Origin: Thermodesulfobacteriota bacterium
Lineage (GTDB): Bacteria; Desulfobacterota; Desulfobulbia; Desulfobulbales; SURF-16
Assembly: GCA_049323655.1 (NCBI GenBank)
Contig: JBMONO010000022.1
Location: 14,993 to 78,992 of the forward strand
Length of the DNA: 64,000 nt
Direction: 5' to 3'
Shown here: positions 61,326-64,000 of the stretch, in pieces
How positions within the stretch are numbered: position 1 is the stretch's first letter
Layout of the letters: each line of letters starts with the position of its first letter
The notes under the pieces: model-generated
The model's input: the letters and a program-made list of their open reading frames with translations, nothing else
What the model was told of the DNA's origin: nothing
The model's database searches: none
Position numbers and translations under genes: made by a program

Positions 61326-64000
61326 ACGAACAACAATTCTGGCTGCGGAAAATTCTTCAATTCCTTCATGATCCCCCAGGCAAACCTTTTGCTTTCTGGC
61401 CGAAAAGCGGCGGACATACGAACTTAGCAAAAAAAATATATACCGAGCTCTTGGGTAAACGGTATTCGTTCAGCAAGATACCAGACTTGATCGCCACCGG
61501 CGCGGATCGCCCCCTTCTCACCCTGCCGTGGGGACAAGAAGGGGGGCTGGGAACGCAATATTTCCACATTGACCCGACCGTCACCCATCCGCTCGCGAGA
61601 ACCCATCTGAAGCTTCCTTTGCCGGACAATGTAGAGGAGGTCAACAAAGATTTCATCAATGAGCTTGCCAAGTCTCAAGTAGATGCCGCTGCTGAAATGA
61701 AGTTGGCGAATATAGCGGATGCCGAAGAATTGCAAAGAGGTTTTCTTGCTCTGTGGCGGAGATTTCGCGAGGAAATTATCAATGCAAATAGCAAAAAACA
61801 ATCGTCCAGCCTGTGGGAATTCATGCCTGCCGACAGCCGCTGCCCGGATCATTCCATCTGGGAACACAACAGACTGGCAAGCGCGCTGTCTTTTGTTCCG
61901 CAAAAATTGTCGGACATGGACAAGAAGGCCCCGGATTACCCCTGGCTGTTCAGTTTCGCCCTCCAACCGGTACAGGAATTCCTCAGACAGGCACGCAAGA
62001 GCCAGGACCTCTGGGTAGGCTCCATGATCATCGCCGAACTTTCCTGGGCCGCCATGGAGCCGATCATTAAACGTTACGGGCCGGATGTCTTTGTTTATCC
62101 AGACCTCCGCGCTAATCCCAGGGCAGATATCTGGCTGTACGAAAATTACAAGGACGCTCTGCCCGACAAATACAAGAAAGCCCCGCCCGGTGACGACGCA
62201 CATCATCCAGCGACCAGGGCAGGCGTTATCCCCCATACCTTCATTGCCTTGCTTCCCTATGGATCCAAAGTTACAAGCAGCCATCTCCAGCCACTTGAAG
62301 AGTTGGCACAACTTGCAATTGACGGTGTCAGCAAGGCGTGGGAGACAATGAGCCAATACGTACAGAAATGGATGGAAAAGTCGGGCATTGTGCAGTCGAA
62401 GAGCAACCATTCCGCGTGGAACCAACTTTGGGACCATGGACACAAACACTGCCCCCTCACCCCGACCTGGGTGGCATCGCCTTGGCCGGTTGTTGAAAAA
62501 CAAGAACAATACTATTTCCCCGGCGGGGCGCTGCTGGCCCAGGACAGGGAAAAATTTTCTACACCTTCCCCAAGCGACGCCGAGGTCATCGGACGACGCA
62601 AGCAATTTCTGGGCACCTGGCTCCCGGAAAGCGTATGGACGCACTATGAGTATGTCCTGTCCGTTTTCGGCAGGACCAACAACAATCTCTTGGTGCACTC
62701 CGGTTTCGCTTACGGACCCGCGCATCACCGGGTTAAGGCGCGACACAGCCTGCGGCGGCGCTATCAAAGATTGTCTGAGTCTTCACCTGCCTCGTATGAA
62801 AAGTGCACGCTCTGTCATACCCGGCCCGCTTTACACGACGCTGTTGGTCATGAAGGAGGTAATTGCGAGAGCATCCGTGAAACCGTCCGGAAGCTGTGGA
62901 GAAACCGGGAACTCGATCCGGAGGAGCAAGGGAATGAACGGCTCTGCTCCGTCTGCAGCGTGGTCCGGTTTCTTGTCCGTTCCGAGTCGGTTCCATTTAA
63001 TACAACTTGGGTCGGTGCGGGACGTTCGCTTGACCAGGAAAAAGACAGGGATAACCGTCTGCGACCGAAGTTTCCTTCCACGGTAGCCATTGCCGCGCAG
63101 AACTATCTTGAAAAACTGGCAAGAGGATATGACGAATTCAGTGATCTGCTGGAGCGGATCGTCAACCTCCACGGAAGGTTGAATATCGACAAGTCGTCAT
63201 TTCCTAGCTCACTGCCGCGACTGGCCCGCGCACTCAAGACCCAGCCCATCGCTGAAGATTTTTTGAAGCTCGATCCGCAACTCGCCTTGTTTCCGGAAAT
63301 GGTGGAGAGCAAACGCGCCTCCGCCAAGGACAAGAACGACCCCAAGGTGCCTCTCTGGAATGAGCTGAAAAACACAGTCAAGCAATTGCGCGAACGTGCT
63401 GCTGAAAAAAAAATCGGCGCTATCCAGACTCAAATCGCGGTACTGGTCATGGACGGCGACGAGATGAGCAAGGTTCTTCTTGGTGATCCGGCCAGGATCA
63501 AATCCAAATGGAAGGATGTCATCCACCCTAGAATCGCGGATAAAATTCTGGAAAGCGACGTTTTCCGGGGCAGCGGCTGGCCGGAACTGCTCAACCTCTC
63601 CAGAACCTCCGGCCCGGCCTTGCAGGCCTTTATCAGCCGGGCACTGGCTGATTTCAGTCACCATATTGCTCCGTGGGTTGTCGAGCAGGAGTTTTCCGGC
63701 CGTTTGATTTATTGTGGCGGCGACGACCTGCTGGCCTTGCTGCCGGCCCGCGAAGCACTGGCGGCAGCCACCCGGCTCCAGGAACTGTTTTCCGCCGCCT
63801 GGGTCATCGATACCGAACCGGAGATGGAGCCTTGGTCCTGGTTACTCCAGAAAGGACATGGCGGACGCAATCCGGAAGATGCAGAAAATCGTTTTCATAT
63901 TCTCAAACCCACCGATGACCTCAAACAGCATTCAGGCCGCCTGTTGCCCATGCTCGGCAAGCATTGCAGCCTTTCCGCCGGGATCATGTACGGCCATTTC
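61322..64000 (+). CDS. cas10: Cas10/Cmr2, type III-B large subunit (3'-truncated by the window end)
   Basis: Translated by hand from GTG 61322; the frame is open for 893 codons to position 64000. FLHDPPGKP (HD motif, 61367-61372), PADSRCPDHSIWEHNRLASAL, zinc finger CTLC...CSVC, VLVMDGDEMS, and the cyclase motif YCGGDDLLAL (GGDD at 63716-63727). Confidence 0.9.
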   Translation, partial: MNEQQFWLRKILQFLHDPPGKPFAFWPKSGGHTNLAKKIYTELLGKRYSFSKIPDLIATGADRPLLTLPWGQEGGLGTQYFHIDPTVTHPLARTHLKLPLPDNVEEVNKDFINELAKSQVDAAAEMKLANIADAEELQRGFLALWRRFREEIINANSKKQSSSLWEFMPADSRCPDHSIWEHNRLASALSFVPQKLSDMDKKAPDYPWLFSFALQPVQEFLRQARKSQDLWVGSMIIAELSWAAMEPIIKRYGPDVFVYPDLRANPRADIWLYENYKDALPDKYKKAPPGDDAHHPATRAGVIPHTFIALLPYGSKVTSSHLQPLEELAQLAIDGVSKAWETMSQYVQKWMEKSGIVQSKSNHSAWNQLWDHGHKHCPLTPTWVASPWPVVEKQEQYYFPGGALLAQDREKFSTPSPSDAEVIGRRKQFLGTWLPESVWTHYEYVLSVFGRTNNNLLVHSGFAYGPAHHRVKARHSLRRRYQRLSESSPASYEKCTLCHTRPALHDAVGHEGGNCESIRETVRKLWRNRELDPEEQGNERLCSVCSVVRFLVRSESVPFNTTWVGAGRSLDQEKDRDNRLRPKFPSTVAIAAQNYLEKLARGYDEFSDLLERIVNLHGRLNIDKSSFPSSLPRLARALKTQPIAEDFLKLDPQLALFPEMVESKRASAKDKNDPKVPLWNELKNTVKQLRERAAEKKIGAIQTQIAVLVMDGDEMSKVLLGDPARIKSKWKDVIHPRIADKILESDVFRGSGWPELLNLSRTSGPALQAFISRALADFSHHIAPWVVEQEFSGRLIYCGGDDLLALLPAREALAAATRLQELFSAAWVIDTEPEMEPWSWLLQKGHGGRNPEDAENRFHILKPTDDLKQHSGRLLPMLGKHCSLSAGIMYGHF

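Noticed and set aside
61424-62767. 447-aa minus-strand ORF, the only listed ORF over this interval, which could be mistaken for the gene here.
   Set aside because: The + strand frame from 61322 is open to the window end and carries the Cas10/Cmr2 motifs (LHDPP, CPDHSIWEH, CxxC pairs, GGDD). It is missing from the ORF track only because it has no stop inside the window. The minus-strand ORF has no recognisable features.

Overview
This is a high-GC window of mostly ordinary chromosomal housekeeping genes. The gene content resembles Desulfobacterota (deltaproteobacteria), but that is only an impression, not a demonstrated placement.

From left to right the window carries:
- an HtrA/DegP protease and a trpEGDCF cluster
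- rpsT and the c-di-AMP module cdaA-cdaR-glmM, followed by tlyA
- a CBS/HPP gene pair and a TetR-controlled HlyD/FtsX/ABC efflux operon
- an MrfA-like helicase fused to a DEDD exonuclease
- a prephenate dehydratase/dehydrogenase fusion
- adk-trmFO-udg
- a sensory cluster: substrate-binding protein, hybrid histidine kinase, degenerate receiver-TPR protein, and a receiver-pyruvate kinase fusion
- zupT, efp-epmA, pepN and a LysM lytic transglycosylase
- fadD-fadL, then traB, yhbY and surE

The last ~10 kb differs. It is a type III-B (Cmr) CRISPR-Cas module (cas6 ... cmr1-cas10/cmr2, with cas10 running off the window end). A SIR2-like protein gene and an SMC/Rad50-like ABC ATPase gene sit between cas6 and cmr1. 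They are joined to each other and to cmr1 by overlapping stop/start codons. This pair is visibly lower in GC than cas6 and the rest of the window, and it is the best candidate for an undescribed system.

I found no CRISPR array, rRNA or tRNA.

Non-coding structure worth noting:
- five copies of a ~130-bp MITE/REP-like element, in two internal 'core-flip' arrangements
- two intergenic inverted arrays of 9-bp tandem repeats
- a 54-bp perfect palindrome abutting the tetR start codon

All calls come from reading the ORF translations and the DNA by eye. No searches were run.
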